Below are positions 44,361-57,915 of a stretch of 64,000 nucleotides of DNA, in pieces. Every line of letters begins with the position of its first letter. Within the stretch, counting starts at the first letter, position 1. The notes below the pieces were generated by a model. It saw only the letters and a program-made list of their open reading frames with translations, was not told where the DNA came from and made no database searches. The stretch comes from Amoebidium appalachense (taxonomy: Eukaryota; Protista; Ichthyosporea). Position numbers and translations under genes: made by a program. Location of the stretch: contig CAVNZM010000014.1 of the NCBI GenBank assembly GCA_963693365.1, positions 62,001 to 126,000 on the forward strand, written 5' to 3'.

Positions 44361-47120
44361 TGTGTGTATTTATGGGTGTGCCTGTATCTGACACATGGTG
44401 GGCCCACAGCTTCACGTTGGACTTTGGAGACTACTCGGACGAGTACTACTCAGTGCAGACCACAGAGGGTGAAGCCATCTCACGTCTCATTGCAGGCTAC
44501 ATCGACTTCATCATTAAGAAGAAGAAAGAGTCCGAGTTCCGCCCACCAGAGGACGAGGGAGCCTCAGTCACCACCACAGAGAACATCAGCGGGGCCAAGG
44601 GCACAGCAATCCACTTTCTGGGGTCATCGATTGGTCGGGCCACCACGACCAATGTTGGCCGTGTGGGTGTGGTGCAGGGCACACGGGGGGGTGTGCAGGC
44701 AAGCACACGGTCTGGGGTCAAGGCCATTACCATGGGTGCCACTGGGTTGGCTGGGGCAGGCCCACGTGGCGGCCTACTGGCAATCACTACGGGTGCTGAT
44801 GCCGGTGCACTGGCCAAGGTGTGTGTGTGTGTGAGGGCGCGGGCCTTGGGGGGGGGGGGGGGGGGGAGGGGGGAGAAATGGGGGGAATGGTGACTCATGT
44901 GTGTGTGTGGTGCAGGCGGAGGAGGGGCTGTTCACGGCGCGGTCAGCGCTTCAGGGCAACATCCAGTCCGGATATGCCACGGTCAACAACTGCAACTCGG
45001 ACCTCAACAACCCCACATCCCTGCCCCCCCTGGGCAACGACCCTGCGTCTATTTCGTGGAAGCGCCAGACACAGGACATCAACTGCCAGAACGTCAATGC
45101 GCAGCTGGCAGCCCTGTGTGCCACCACGGCAAACATCATGATGCTGACATCGGCAGACAAGGACCAGCAGACACTGCTGGCTACTGGTTCCGCTGTGGTG
45201 TCTATGACTAGGTGCGTGTTTTACCCATCTGTGTGTGTGTGTGTGTGCATGCATGGTGCAATGGGGTGCTAACAGTGTTGGTTTCATGCAGCAACCTGTC
45301 TGAGCTGACCAAGGGCACCAAGCTGCTAGCTGCCCTAGCCGATGATGAAGACTCAAGTGAGAACTTGCTTCAGTCTGCACGCAACCTTGCCGATGCCACG
45401 TCCAAACTGTTCCAGGCAGTGAGTCCAGACAGCGAGATGGAGCGCAAGGACCTGATTATGGCCGCTAATGCCGTGGCAACAAACACGAAGGAGCTGCTGA
45501 CCGTACGTGCCCTGCTGTGTTTGTGTATGTGTGGGTGTGGGTGTGGGTGTGTAGGGGGCAAAGAGGGTGTGTGGGGGGGGGAGGTTTGGGCTGGATGGGG
45601 TAGTAGCTAACATGGGGGGGGCAACAGTTGATGCCCAAGGACCCTGAGGTTGATGAGCGGTGCCAAGATGAGCTAGTGGGTCTGGCCAAGGCCGTGGCTG
45701 GTGCCGCCACAGGGCTCAATGCAGCAGCCAAGAATGTGGCCAACAGGGCAGACGACCCTGTGGCGCAGACCAAGGTCATTGAGGCTGCTAAGGCTGCAGT
45801 GGTATCCACCAGCCAGCTGGTGACATGCACGAAGGTGCTGGCACCCACCATCAACAACCTGCAGTGCCAGGAGGCACTGGTCCAGGCTGCCAAACTTCTG
45901 CTGGTGGCTGTAAACGACCTCAATGATGCTGGCCAGGCCGCATGCAACGACAAGAAGGCTACAGATGAGCTCACCGTGCAGGCCGCCAAGATGAAGGCCG
46001 CCATAGCTGCCCTTGTGCAGCGGTCCAAGAATGCAGGGGAGGCCATGGATGATGATCTGAGCTATGAGGCCTTGGCCAGTGATGCGCAGGCAAAGGCGCT
46101 GACCTGCGACATCAACAACCCCGACCAGGTGTCGGCACTCACCACGTGCATTGGGGAGCTGGTGCGTGCCATGCAGGCAGATGCTGAGCGGGACCCAGAC
46201 GATGCAAACAAGAGGCGCCTGTTGGAGGCCGCTGCAGCCCTGACGGTGGCATGCAAGGGGCTGAACGGCAACGACAGCAAGCTGCAAGAACTGCAGGGGC
46301 TGGTTACGGGTGTAGCAGCCGAGGCCAAGAAGAGGAAGGTGCTGCGGGGGCTGGAGGTAGCCGTCAAGAAGGCCACGCAGGTGTGCACGCAGCTGATAGC
46401 GGCCGCCACCAATGCCAGCGCCAGCAACCGCAATGCGGCCAGCCAGCAGCAACTTGCGGGCCAGGCCAGATTGATGGGGGACCAGCTAGCCACCCTTGTG
46501 GTTGCCGCAAAGGCCTTTGCCACGGACCGCCAGCTGCCCCAGGCGCAGCTAGGGCTCATCAACGAGAGCAAGCAGGCCATAGGCCCAGGCAGCAGGCTGG
46601 TGGCCACGGCAAAGGTGGCCACAGCCACAGTGGGAGACCAGGCGGCAGCAAAGCAGCTCAACAACTTCAGCAGGGCTGCAGCCGTGGCACTGACAGAGCT
46701 CAAGGCAGCACAGGAGGCGGCAGCCGAGGCCTGCGGGTCACTGGAGATAGCCGCTGCACTGGATGCTGTCAGGGCACTGGAGGCCCAGCTCACAGCGGCA
46801 AAGGCCCAGGTAGAGCAAGGCACACTCGAGGCTCAGCCCGGAGAGACGGCAGAGGCTGCGGCTATGGAGGTGGCTGCTATCACAAAGACTGTGGGGTCGT
46901 CCATGGCACAGCTGCTGTCTGCGGCCACCCAGCAGAACGAGAACTACACGGGCATTGCTGCAAAGGACACTACAAATGCACTGACTATCATGGCTGCTGC
47001 GACAAAGAGCGTGGCTGCTATGTCAATGGTGGGTGGGGCTGTGTCTTGCTTGCATGCGCCTTGCATGCTCATCACCCCATAATCCCCAGAGCGTGCACAC
47101 ACACATGCACACACAAGCAT

Positions 47121-47158
<38 letters not shown>

Positions 47159-48083
47159 TCACTCACTCACTCACTCACTCACTCACTCACTCACTCACTC
47201 ACTCACTCACTCACACGAGCACACACACACACACGAGCACACACATGCAAGCACAAGCACATAATCACACACACGCACACATTCACACGAGCACACACAC
47301 ACACTTACAAACATGGCCCTGGAATCACACGCACAGACTATGATTGATACTAACACTGCTGTTTGCAGGGCAAGATGCCAGTGGAGATGCTTGAAGTTGC
47401 CATTGCGGCCATGGCAGCCTCAGGGCAGCTGATCGGAGAGGCGCAGAATGCCCTGCAGAACCCTTCAGACCCCGAGAAGAACACCAAGCTGCAGAATGCA
47501 GCCAGGGCCGTGCAGAAGGCATTGCAGGATGTGGTCCAGGCCCTGCCCGGCCAGAGGGACATCGAGGATGCCCTCAGAAACGTCAAAAACGTACGTCGAA
47601 CACCCATCATATGGGATAGGAGGGGGAGGGGGGGGGAGGGAGAGAGATAAACAGCATACTGAAACTCTGCGCAAACGTACACATCAAAAACGTATGCTCC
47701 AGTCTGTAGAAGGGGGGGGGGGGGGGGGGGGGAGAGGATAGCACATACAGACACGTTGCATACTCTCACAAATGAGCGAGCACAGGTTCCGGGCGTAGTC
47801 GCATGGGGCCTGTCCAGCAGTGCATGTACGGTGTGCACGTTAGTCAGTGCTGACCACGTTGCTGCAGGCTGCCACCCGTCTGGATGCCGGCCAGTTCCCC
47901 ACCCTCAAAACCGGGGAGACCCCCGAGCAGGCCAAGGCCCGCCTCAACACGGCTGCCCTGGCCCTCAATGCTGCTGCTGCGGGCCTCGTGGCTGCCTCCC
48001 GTGGCTCCCCGGAACAGGTCAGTCCCCACTGCATTGCAGCCACCATCATGTGGCTGGGTGGGTGGTGGTTGGGGGGAGGGGGG

Positions 48084-48120
<37 letters not shown>

Positions 48121-51038
48121 GGGGGACATCTGAGAAGGCGAACAGAGTTTGTGTGCATTTTTCTTTTTTGTGTACGGGCCGGAAGGGGAGTAGATGGTGC
48201 TGTGGTCTAGTTCTGGATTCTTTTGTCAATACAGGTTCATGCACATTTGACCCCCCTGGCCCCCTTGCCAAAATGTGGAGTTTGAAGAGTGCCGGAGGGG
48301 GGGGCAACAATCTGTGTGGGCCTTGGCGGGTTGCTGACATTGCCGTTTGCAGCTTGCGGAGGCCACGAGCCGCTACGACGAGAGTTTCAAGGAGGCCATG
48401 CGTGCCGGGGAGGCTGTTGCAGGGTGCAGCAAGAGCGAGGAGGAGAAGAAGGACACGGTGCTCATGCTCAAGCAGGTCGCAGTGGCCTCCAGCGCCCTCC
48501 TCACTGCCACCCGCCAGGTCGCAACAACCCCAACAGCCGCCGTGGCAAAGGCCTCCCTTACGTCTGCAGCACGGCAGGTGCAGGACTCCATCGACAATCT
48601 TGTGGGCAAGCTGTCCACGTCGGGCCCGGGTGTGCGCGAGTGCGAGAATGCCGCCCGAAACATTGCAGCGCTGCAGGCGGCGCTTGAGCGGCCCGATGAG
48701 CCGGTCAGCGACAAGAGCTACTTCGACTGTCTGGCCATCGTTAATGACCGCAGTAGGGGCCTGCTCACGTCCACACGCAACATCTCAAACAGCGCCAGGG
48801 CCTCAGACCCGGCCCAGGTGGGCCAGTCAGCCCTGGCAGCATCAAGCCAGATTCAGGAGCTAGTGGATGCATCGGCACAGGCGGCATATCTGATTGGTGT
48901 GGCAGACCCGTCGTCTACCCCCGCCGTGCCCGGCTGCATCGATGCGCAGGCCGTCAACCAATCAAGACAGGCCATTATGGATGCCTGCGAGAAGCTCAAG
49001 GACCCCAACAACACACAGCCCCAGGTTCTGGCTGCTGCAACCGTCATAGCAAAGCACACATCGGCACTGTGCTCCGCATGCAAGGTACGTGGGAAGAGGG
49101 GGTGGGGGGGGGGGGGGGGGGAGGGGGGGGTAGCTTGGGGGGATTCAAGTGCGTGTTGGGAGGAGGGGAGGAAGGGTGGGGGGGTGTTTGCATGTATGTG
49201 GGGACGGTGTGGTGTGGCTTTGAGGGATGCAAGGACGTGGTGAAGGGTGGTGGAAGGGGAGGGAGGATGAGGGGTGGTTGCATGGTACGTGGGGATGAGG
49301 AGGGAGGGAGATGCCGGGGGGGGGGGGGGGGAGGGGAGGGGGGCGGGGACAGGAGGGCACAGGGTAGGTTGCTAATGCATGTATGTGTAGGTGGCATCAG
49401 CCAAGACCAGCAACCCCGTGGCCAAGCAGAACTTCGTAACGTCAGCAAAGGGCATAGCCACCACCACAGCCGGGCTGGTGCAGGCCATCAAGGCGCTAGC
49501 AGCCCAGACGGACGACAACAACCATGCAAGGTGTGCAGAGAGCACAAAGCCCCTGCTTGAGGCTGTAGACACCCTGGCTACACTGGCGGCGGCACCAGAG
49601 TTTGCTACCACACCGGCAAAGATCACAGATGCTGCAAAGGCAAAGCAGGAGGTGTGTGTGTGTGCATCCATGGGGGGAGGGGGGGGGGGGGGGGGGCATT
49701 GGAGCATAATGTTTTTTCGGACTGGCTCAATTTGTAGCGATGTTATCACCCCTCAAAAGCAGCTTTTTTTGTCGTAAAACATATATTTCTTGAAAGGTTC
49801 TAATTTTTACTATATTGTTTTGTAGAAATAATAGTCCTGAAGGCAGCGCTGCAGCCAAAAACGTTTGCCTGCAACTTGCAAGGTGACAAGGCTAACCTTT
49901 TATGGTTAGCCACCTGCCAAGAATGGCACGCAAAAAAGTGGCTAGTTTTGAATGGGTAACACCTGCCAATAAGCTGGGCTTTTTTGGGGGGGGGGGGGGT
50001 GGGGGGGGGTAGAACGGATTCTGACTGTGCATGTGTGTACAGCCTGTGATCCTAGCAGCACGCAAGATGACGGATGCAGGAGCCACTGTTGCGGACACGG
50101 CACGGCTGATGGCCAAGGACCCCAACGACCAGGCGGCATGGGCCGTGTTCAGCACGTGCTCAAAGGACCTTAACGAGGCCATAAAGGCCCTGGCCCAGGT
50201 CATCAGGGTACGCCTTACTATTAACCCTCATCCCCCCCCCCCCCCCCCCCCCCCCCCTTCTCCCCCTCTCTCTCTCCCCCACCCCTTCCCCCCACGCCGC
50301 CACCACCACCACCACCACCACGGTGTCGCTATCCCCTTCTAACACCCCCCCCCCCCCCCCCCCCCCCCCCTTCCCCCACCCCTTCCTATCGCCACTGCGG
50401 ATGCCTACTTCTTCTCCTCCCAGACCAAAGACAGCCACAAATATGTGTTAATCCACACCCAGGCGTGCATGCATGCAGGCAGGCACATCACATTGCATTA
50501 TTAGCTGGACAAACCCTACTTTCAGCAATGCCCACTCTATTTCTTTCCCCCGGGAGCATACCATGAACGCCACCGTCATCACCTTGCACACACACACACA
50601 CACCAGGTATCCATACTAACCTTCACCTCTTTCGTGCACAGGACAATGCACCAGGGCAGCGTGAGTGTGAGGAAGCCATTGAGACGCTTCAACTTGCCGT
50701 GTCCGACCTTGACCAGGCGTCCCTAGCCGTGTCTGTTGGTGGGCTGAAGCTGCGCACAGACAACGACCTGCAGGGCTTCCAGGAGGTCATGCTGGCAAGC
50801 TGCCAAGACATCAGCGCACAGATGGACACGGTAGTGGCTGCAGCAAAGACGGAGCCTCAGAAGCTGGGCTCGGCTGTCATGGCTTTCTCCGAGCAGTTCC
50901 TGCCGGTACATGGCCCCACCACACATGCCGCTTGCACGCGCACGGCGCATGCACACACATGCACACATGCAGATGCACACATGCGCACACTCACACACAC
51001 ACATTACACACGTACAAAAGCACCTGCATACACACACA

Positions 51039-51078
<40 letters not shown>

Positions 51079-51270
51079 GAGAGAGATGCGCATACTGATC
51101 GTCTCACACACCCACCACATGTAAAGGAACACACGCGCGCGCACATCCACACACACACACACACAATACAAACACACACACACACAGATACACACAGATG
51201 CACGTGCACATCATACTCTCACACCCTCATTACAAATGGAAAAGAAACACGCGCGCGCACACATCCACAT

Positions 51271-51358
<88 letters not shown>

Positions 51359-51762
51359 ACACACACCTACACCCGTACTGACCATACATTGCCATGCAGC
51401 TCACCTCGTCAGCCATTGGAGCCGCCTCCAAGCTAGCGGACAGGCGCAAGCAGCAGCAGGTGCTCGACAGCAGCAAGGCCGTGGCCGAGTCAGCCCTTGC
51501 CCTTGTGACTGCAGCACGGGGTGCCGGTGGAGACAAGAACAATGCTGAGGGCCATGCACTGGTCGATGATGCCCTCACTAAGTTCCAGCTGGACATGGCC
51601 GACCTCACGAGACAGCTCGAGGCGGATGCCGGTGATGCAGGCGCCATCAGGTGTGTGCAATTTGGGGGTTGGTTGTTTTTTTTTTTTTTTTTTTTTTTTT
51701 TTTGCCTTTTGCCTTTTGCCTTCTGCCTTCTGCCTTTTGGGGGGAGGGGGGGGGGGGAGAAA

Positions 51763-51817
<55 letters not shown>

Positions 51818-52015
51818 AAGCATACGGGTCTGGGTGAAAGCTGTAGGGGAGAGAGAGAGAGAGAGGGTGTAAACATGAGGTAAAAGTGTAGAAAAATATC
51901 CGAGACGACAGACAACACATGAGAGGGACTAAAACAAGACTCAAGCCGGACCACAAGACTAAGCAGGGTGTCACCTTGGAAGGGAAAATGGGGATGGGTG
52001 TGTGTGTTGGGGGAG

Positions 52016-52046
<31 letters not shown>

Positions 52047-53140
52047 ATATTGTTGATTGTGTGCTGACTGTGTGTGTGCAGTGCGATCATGGCGCAGCTG
52101 CAGCGTGCCCTGCACCATCTTGAGCTGCAGGACGGGGCCACCTCTGATGGGTCCTACGGGGAGTACAACGCAAACATGCAGGCAGGCGCTAAGAAGATGG
52201 CGGCCACCCTGCCGGCACTGCTCGGTGCCAGCAACGAGCAGTTTGTTGAGGCCCTGAGAGACATTGTGTCGAACTTCAACCAGGTTGCTGCCGACTGCAA
52301 ATTTGCTGCCGCCACATCAGGTGTGTACCAGATATGTCTCCGTGCAAGTTGGTGCCTGTGGCGCTCATGTGCTGAGAAATGGGGGTGTTTGTGGTGCATG
52401 TGTGCTGGTTGGGGGGTGTTTGTGGTGCATGTGTGCACACGTGTCTCAAAGGCACGTGTGCCAAAAAATAGGGGTGTTTCAAATGCATGTGAGCTGACGT
52501 ATGGTTGTCCAGACAACGAGGAGAACCGTGCGCTGCTACTTGGGGCCACGCGGCAGCTCGGATCCAGCACTGTGGGGCTTGTGGGAGTATGCAAGCAGCT
52601 GCAGGCCAACCCGGAGGACTTTGATGCGCGCAAGCAGGTGTCTGCATGCAGCCAGCAGGTGTCTGCTGATGTGGCCAAGCTGTTTGGGGCCCTGCAGCAG
52701 GGGGCCAAGGGCATTCGGGCCTGTGAAAATGCCGTGCAGGCCCTCGAAGGGCTGGTGGGCGACCTCAACACCACGGCCATGTTTGCGTCTGCTGGGTCCC
52801 TGACCAAGGAGAACCCTGCAGACACGTTCAATGGGCACAAGGACGAGCTGAGTGCACATGCAAAGGACCTGGTCGAGACTACAAAGGGCCTCGTGGCCTC
52901 TGCAAGCGGCTCACAGGTCAGTGGGTTGGGCTGCTTGATCCATGTCTGGGTGTGGTGGGGAAGGGGAATTCGAAGGGTATCACCACACGTCGGGTGACAT
53001 GTGCTTACTGAGTGGGTGGGTTGGCATAGGACATGTGCACGGGGGGAGGGGGGGGGCTTGTTTATTTGGGGAGATGTTTGTGAGGGGGGGGGGGATGTGG
53101 AGTGAATGGGGAGGAGGGATGGGGTTGGAGGACATGTGCA

Positions 53141-53172
<32 letters not shown>

Positions 53173-54095
53173 CGACATGTGCATAAGGAAGGCATTGTGA
53201 GCTTTCGGAGAGCAGGGGGTGGGGAGTATCTTCACCTGTACATAGGTGTGTTCTCTTATGGTTCATGGTTCCACAGGAGGTGCTTGCGGATGCCGCCAAC
53301 AAGGCCCTGCAGTCCACACAGCAGCTAGCAGCCACGGCCAAGCGTGCAGCCGTGGCCGTAGGGCCCGAGGACAGGGGGGCCCAGGAGCTACTGCTCAACG
53401 GCACAAGAGACCTAGTTGTGGCCCAGCAGAAACTACTCACAGCCACTACGGCGGCTGTAGGCAGGCCCTCGAGCGACCCTGCATACTCTGTGCTCAAGAA
53501 CGAAGCAAAGGGCATGGTGGGCTGCATCATGTCGCTGACCAAGACCGTCAAGAGTGTGGGGGATGAGGCTGCAAGGGGCCTGAGGGCCACTGAGAGTGCT
53601 ATGGAGGCCATTCAGGCTGAGCTCAATGCGCTGGACTCGGACCAGCCCTCACGCAAGACTGACGCTACACCGGAGCAGCTGGTGGGAACAACCAGAGGGG
53701 TGACGCTAGCTGCGGCCAAGTTGGTCAGCGGGGCCAGTAGTGGGGTGCAGAGCGAGGTGATGCAGTGTGCCAATGGAATGCGCAAGGCCATAGTGGACCT
53801 GCTGCAGACAGGCAAGGGCACACTTGAGGCCCAGCCGGATGATGCCGACCAGGATGCACAGGCCCAGACCAAGGAGGCACTCAGGAGGACGGCGGATACG
53901 TCCCTTAAGCTGCTGGCTGCAGTTCACAAGACTCTGGCTAACCCGGCTGACATGGAGGCTAAGACCGTATGTGCACCCTGTATCTACTGCACACACAAAA
54001 AGCTGGGGGGGGGGGGGGGGGGGGGGGGGGGGATTGGCCTGTCCCGTTTTTTTTTGTTTTTGTTTTTTTTTTTTTTTTTTTTTTTTTTTATTAGG

Positions 54096-54140
<45 letters not shown>

Positions 54141-55352
54141 GCTATGTTTTGACATAATGGAACATAAGGGGAAAGGGGGAAGATAAAATGAACGGCAAGG
54201 TGGAAGGGAAATGGAGAGGGGAGGGGGGAGGGGGGGGGGGGGGGGGGGGGTATATCGGGCAGGGGCAAGCATTTTGCTTACATGTTGTTGCACAGGTGCT
54301 TGGGCAGCACAGCAAGAGCGTAGCCGAGGCCGTGACTGAGGTGTGCGATGCAGCCAGACAGCTCAAGGGGGAGGACGTGGAGGACCCAGACGACCCCCAT
54401 GTCGTGGCCGAGAGAGAACTGCTTGCTGCAGCCGCCCAGATCGAGGCTGCAGCTAGGAAACTGGCTGAACTCAGACCACGGCCAAGAGAGTACGAGCTGA
54501 GCCAGGACATCAACTTCGAGGAGATGATCTTGAAGGCCGCACAGGGCATCACATCGGCTACATCGGCTCTGATGCAGGCTGCACAGGGCGCACAGAGAGA
54601 GTTGGTTGCTCAGGGTCGTATTAGCACGGTTAAGGGGTCGGAGAGGTACCATGACGATGCGACGTGGTCGGAGGGGTTGGTTAGTGCGGCTAAGAACGTG
54701 GCTGGAGCTACTAGTCTGTTGTGTGAGGCTGCTAATAATGCCGTGAATGGAGAGGCATCGGAGGAGCGCCTGATTTCATCGTCAATGGCCGTGGCTTCGT
54801 CGACACAGCAACTGCTGCTGGCTTGCAGGTGTGTGTGATGTGGATATTGCCTGTTGTTTGTTGGTTTGTTGGTTGGTTGTTTGGTTTGCTTGTTTGGTGG
54901 GGTTGTTGTTTGTTGAGAATGGAAATAAGAGGAGGACACTAACAGGTCTATAATGTGGGCCCCTGCATGCCTTTTATTTCTTTTTGTGTGTGTGTCTTGT
55001 GTATGTTTGTTTGTTGGTGGGGCTGTTGTTTGGCATGGAGGAAGAAAAGGTTCACCACTCACCATGGGTTTCTGTTTGCAGGGTCAAGGCCGACAAGAAC
55101 AGCAAAGCACAGGAGAGGCTTGACACGGCCGGTCGGTCAGTCAAGAAGGCCACGGATTCACTCGTCAAGAGCGCAAAGGAGGCAGCTGCCTTCCAAGAGG
55201 AACATCAGGAGGTAGAACTGAATAAGTTCAAGGTCGGGTCCATTGCCCAGGAGATAGCTATGCAGGAGGCTATATTGAACAAGGAGAAGGAGCTGGAGAA
55301 TGCTAGAAAGCAGCTGCTGAAGCTGAGGAAGATGAAGTACGATAAGAACTAG
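39622..55352 (+). CDS. TLN: Talin, full length (2535 aa, 23 coding exons): F0-F3 FERM head, helical rod, I/LWEQ (THATCH) domain and dimerisation helix
   Basis: Exons 39622-39681, 39964-40131, 41736-41898, 42466-42597, 42935-43077, 43521-43648, 43899-44213, 44410-44818, 44916-45211, 45292-45502, 45628-47028, 47369-47590, 47868-48017, 48353-49084, 49391-49651, 50043-50207, 50642-50905, 51400-51650, 52082-52320, 52513-52916, 53277-53966, 54296-54828, 55082-55352 sum to 7608 nt with compatible phases. Motifs: LRKKFFFSDQNVDRNDPVQLNLMYVQ, GKNKLVPRLLGI, RRWAASPNSFTLDFGDY, WSEGLVSAAK, QEAILNKEKELENARKQL. Confidence 0.98.
40836..40997 (+). mobile_element. Poly-C-inserted short element, copy C (talin intron 2)
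   Basis: tttcgtcgacgggggtgaatgggtcggaaactttggtactgcggatgacttgggccc-cct-ctgaagat-gggccc aligns with 32293-32364 and the similarity continues to the shared 3' end. Flanked by C-rich tracts. Confidence 0.75.
43248..43340 (+). mobile_element. Poly-C-inserted short element, copy D (talin intron 5; 5'-truncated)
   Basis: atgttgcatacttgaatgcttgcc...gtgttccgcattcaaa closely matches the reverse complement of 33682-33772. C-runs on both sides. Confidence 0.85.
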
Positions 55353-57107
55353 GTTTAGGAAGTGATGGTGAACGTAGTTTGGTTGGGTGGGTGCTATCCG
55401 AAGAATGGGGTGTTTGGTTTTGGAGTCAGAGTCAGGATATGCTTGATGTGAGGTTTCTGGTGTTGTTTGTAGCAAGCATCGTGTGTTTGCTTTGTCTGTT
55501 TGCTATAGTATAGCATATTTTCTTAAAGCATTAGGCCCATCTTAGTTTTGTCCTATATATAAGTTTGTGCGAAGACCAATATGAACTGCATGAAATACGA
55601 ACCACGATACATATATCCACAACGGAAGGGTTTTTTCATATGCCCTCTCTAGTGCTGTTGTTGCCACCGGTTGGCAACCCTGAATTTAGTCGAAACTCTA
55701 CACATGCCTGGTGTCTGTACCTGTTCCCGGCCATGGACCCTTCATGTTCTGTGTTTTGAGTCTCCGTCTGCTAAGAAGATCCTGCTTTTGAGGGAGGGGT
55801 GTGTGTGGGTGGGGGGGGGGGGGGGGGGGGGGATATGGTGTACGTAGGTGGTGGTAGTGACCGTGCGACGTGTGTCACGTGTTTGGGCCGGGGGCGGGGG
55901 GAGGGAGGGGGGAGGGGGGGAGGGGGGCAGTGTGCTAAACTGTGCACATGTGTGCAGTTGAGCTCTGACCCCCCCCCGTCCCCCGGATCTGCCATTCTCG
56001 CCCCCTCTCCCCCCCCCCACCCCCCCCCTCCCCCCGCCGCGTAGTGGCATGTGCACACTTAGTCTAGTTGATATGTAGCTGGTGCTCAACTTGCAGTGCC
56101 ATGCTGTGGGCATGCATGCGCATGCACGCCCTAATCATGACTCAGGGCATTGATCCAATGTAAGTTTCTATCCTCAGCAACCCCTCTCCCCCCCCTCCTT
56201 ACCCCCGCTCCCCACCCTCCCCATTCCCTTAAACACACACACACTCCACTACAAAGACGGTCAGGAAGAATAGTTGTTGTAGTGAATCTTGTGCATTATG
56301 AGTTGCAATGTGGCAGACAGTTCGAACTCCCATGCGCGTACTAACGCATCCATGTTATCTAGAGTATCCCATCTCGCGCTGAAATTCAATAAGCACATAA
56401 GCCGCTTAAAGAATTATCTGCCCTCCCACCCTCTCTTCTCTATCCGACCTGTCCCCTCCCCACCTCTCCCCTCTTTCCTTCCCTCCCTCTTTCCTTCTTC
56501 CCCGGGCACGAATACCAATAAACCCCGCAAAAGTGTGCGTGTGACTTTGGACTGCCACTTAGTTATTAGACATGTACATAATCACAAAATAATTACACAA
56601 TATAACAAATGGAAAAAGATACCACACGACACTAGACCCGATGAAAGCAGACACCTTGAAAAACTAAGCCTTATGTCTCGTTTTATATATAATGACCGCC
56701 TTAACCTTATTGCCAAATATGGCACTCGCAAATGTATAACACCTAAATACATATTACCTTCCTGTAGAACTGGTCTTTCTCTAGCTGATGGTATTATTGA
56801 GCACTTACCACGCTTTTACTGTACACGTGCTATACAGTGGCCATGGAGATCTAATAAGTATAAGGTGGCCCCGTTTACATGCCCAAACAACACACACACA
56901 CACCAGTTTAAACGGTCATGTATCGCCAAATGTAGTTGATAGACCACATAATACCACATCACACACACGACACATTCACAACAGACACCCAGAAAGATAG
57001 CCTACCTGAAAATTATAACATCCTTGATTTTATACTAAACACACGTAACTATGACCTGTTTATTAGATGTATTGATTGGCTTGAGAAACACATCATTACA
57101 AAATTCT

Positions 57108-57154
<47 letters not shown>

Positions 57155-57161
57155 CAGCTGA

Positions 57162-57392
57162 TACCGAGTGTCCCAGGGGAGCCCGAAAGAGAAAAAAAAC
57201 AAAAAAAACGGGGAACCCAACTAATTGATTTTCTTAGTCTTTATGGTGCCTCGTAGAGAAAGTAAACCCTGATATATAATCATCACCCGACATCTATGTA
57301 CTTGATCATGATATACCGCTGAGGGGATATTCCGAGCAATACCCCCCATACCTGAGACTGGTCTCTCTTTGCCTCGAGTAAACAGCGTAAAC
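57162..57392 (+). repeat. Dispersed repeat of about 230 bp, copy 2 (intergenic)
   Basis: Near-identical to 27595-27839, same orientation. Confidence 0.9.
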
Positions 57393-57499
57393 ACCATCCA
57401 TGTTATGTTAGTAATGTGAATTTGTCATATGGTTCTAAAGGTTCTAGGTTATAAACCCTTGAGGTCGCGGCCAAAAAGGTTCGTTATTTGAACCCTTCG

Positions 57500-57553
<54 letters not shown>

Positions 57554-57881
57554 CCCACCACCACCACCACCACCACCCAGCCCCCCCCCCCAACCCCCCC
57601 ACCCCCCACCCCCCACCCCCCGCCCCCCGCCCCTCCCCCCCTCCTCTACCCTCACCCCCGCCCCTCCACCCCCACGGGCAAAGACTCTCCGGGTCCCCGC
57701 AGGGGCCCCTCTGAGACATAGGTGAGATATTATCATGGTAAGGCTTTTTGATCTCAAAGTTTCTTTCAAAGTTTTCAATATATTATGTTATTTTTCAAAG
57801 GTTAATTTTCGCAACTTCAAAGTATTTATTTTTGTTTTGTTTAATTATTTTTTTTTTTTTTTTTTTTTTTTGGAAGAGGGG

Positions 57882-57915
<34 letters not shown>

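Noticed and set aside
49835-49870. Hammerhead-like cctgaaggcagcgctgcagccaaaaacg in a talin intron
   Set aside because: The core deviates (CTGAAGG, no GAAA) and there is no stem I or III.
45465-53872. Long antisense ORFs (45465-46046, 46062-46823, 52154-53611 and others)
   Set aside because: They are shadows of GC-rich, Ala-rich talin exons on the opposite strand.
56289-56939. 216-aa ORF downstream of talin
   Set aside because: It has a non-ATG start, crosses a pyrimidine low-complexity tract, has a base composition unlike the real exons and contains no recognisable domain.
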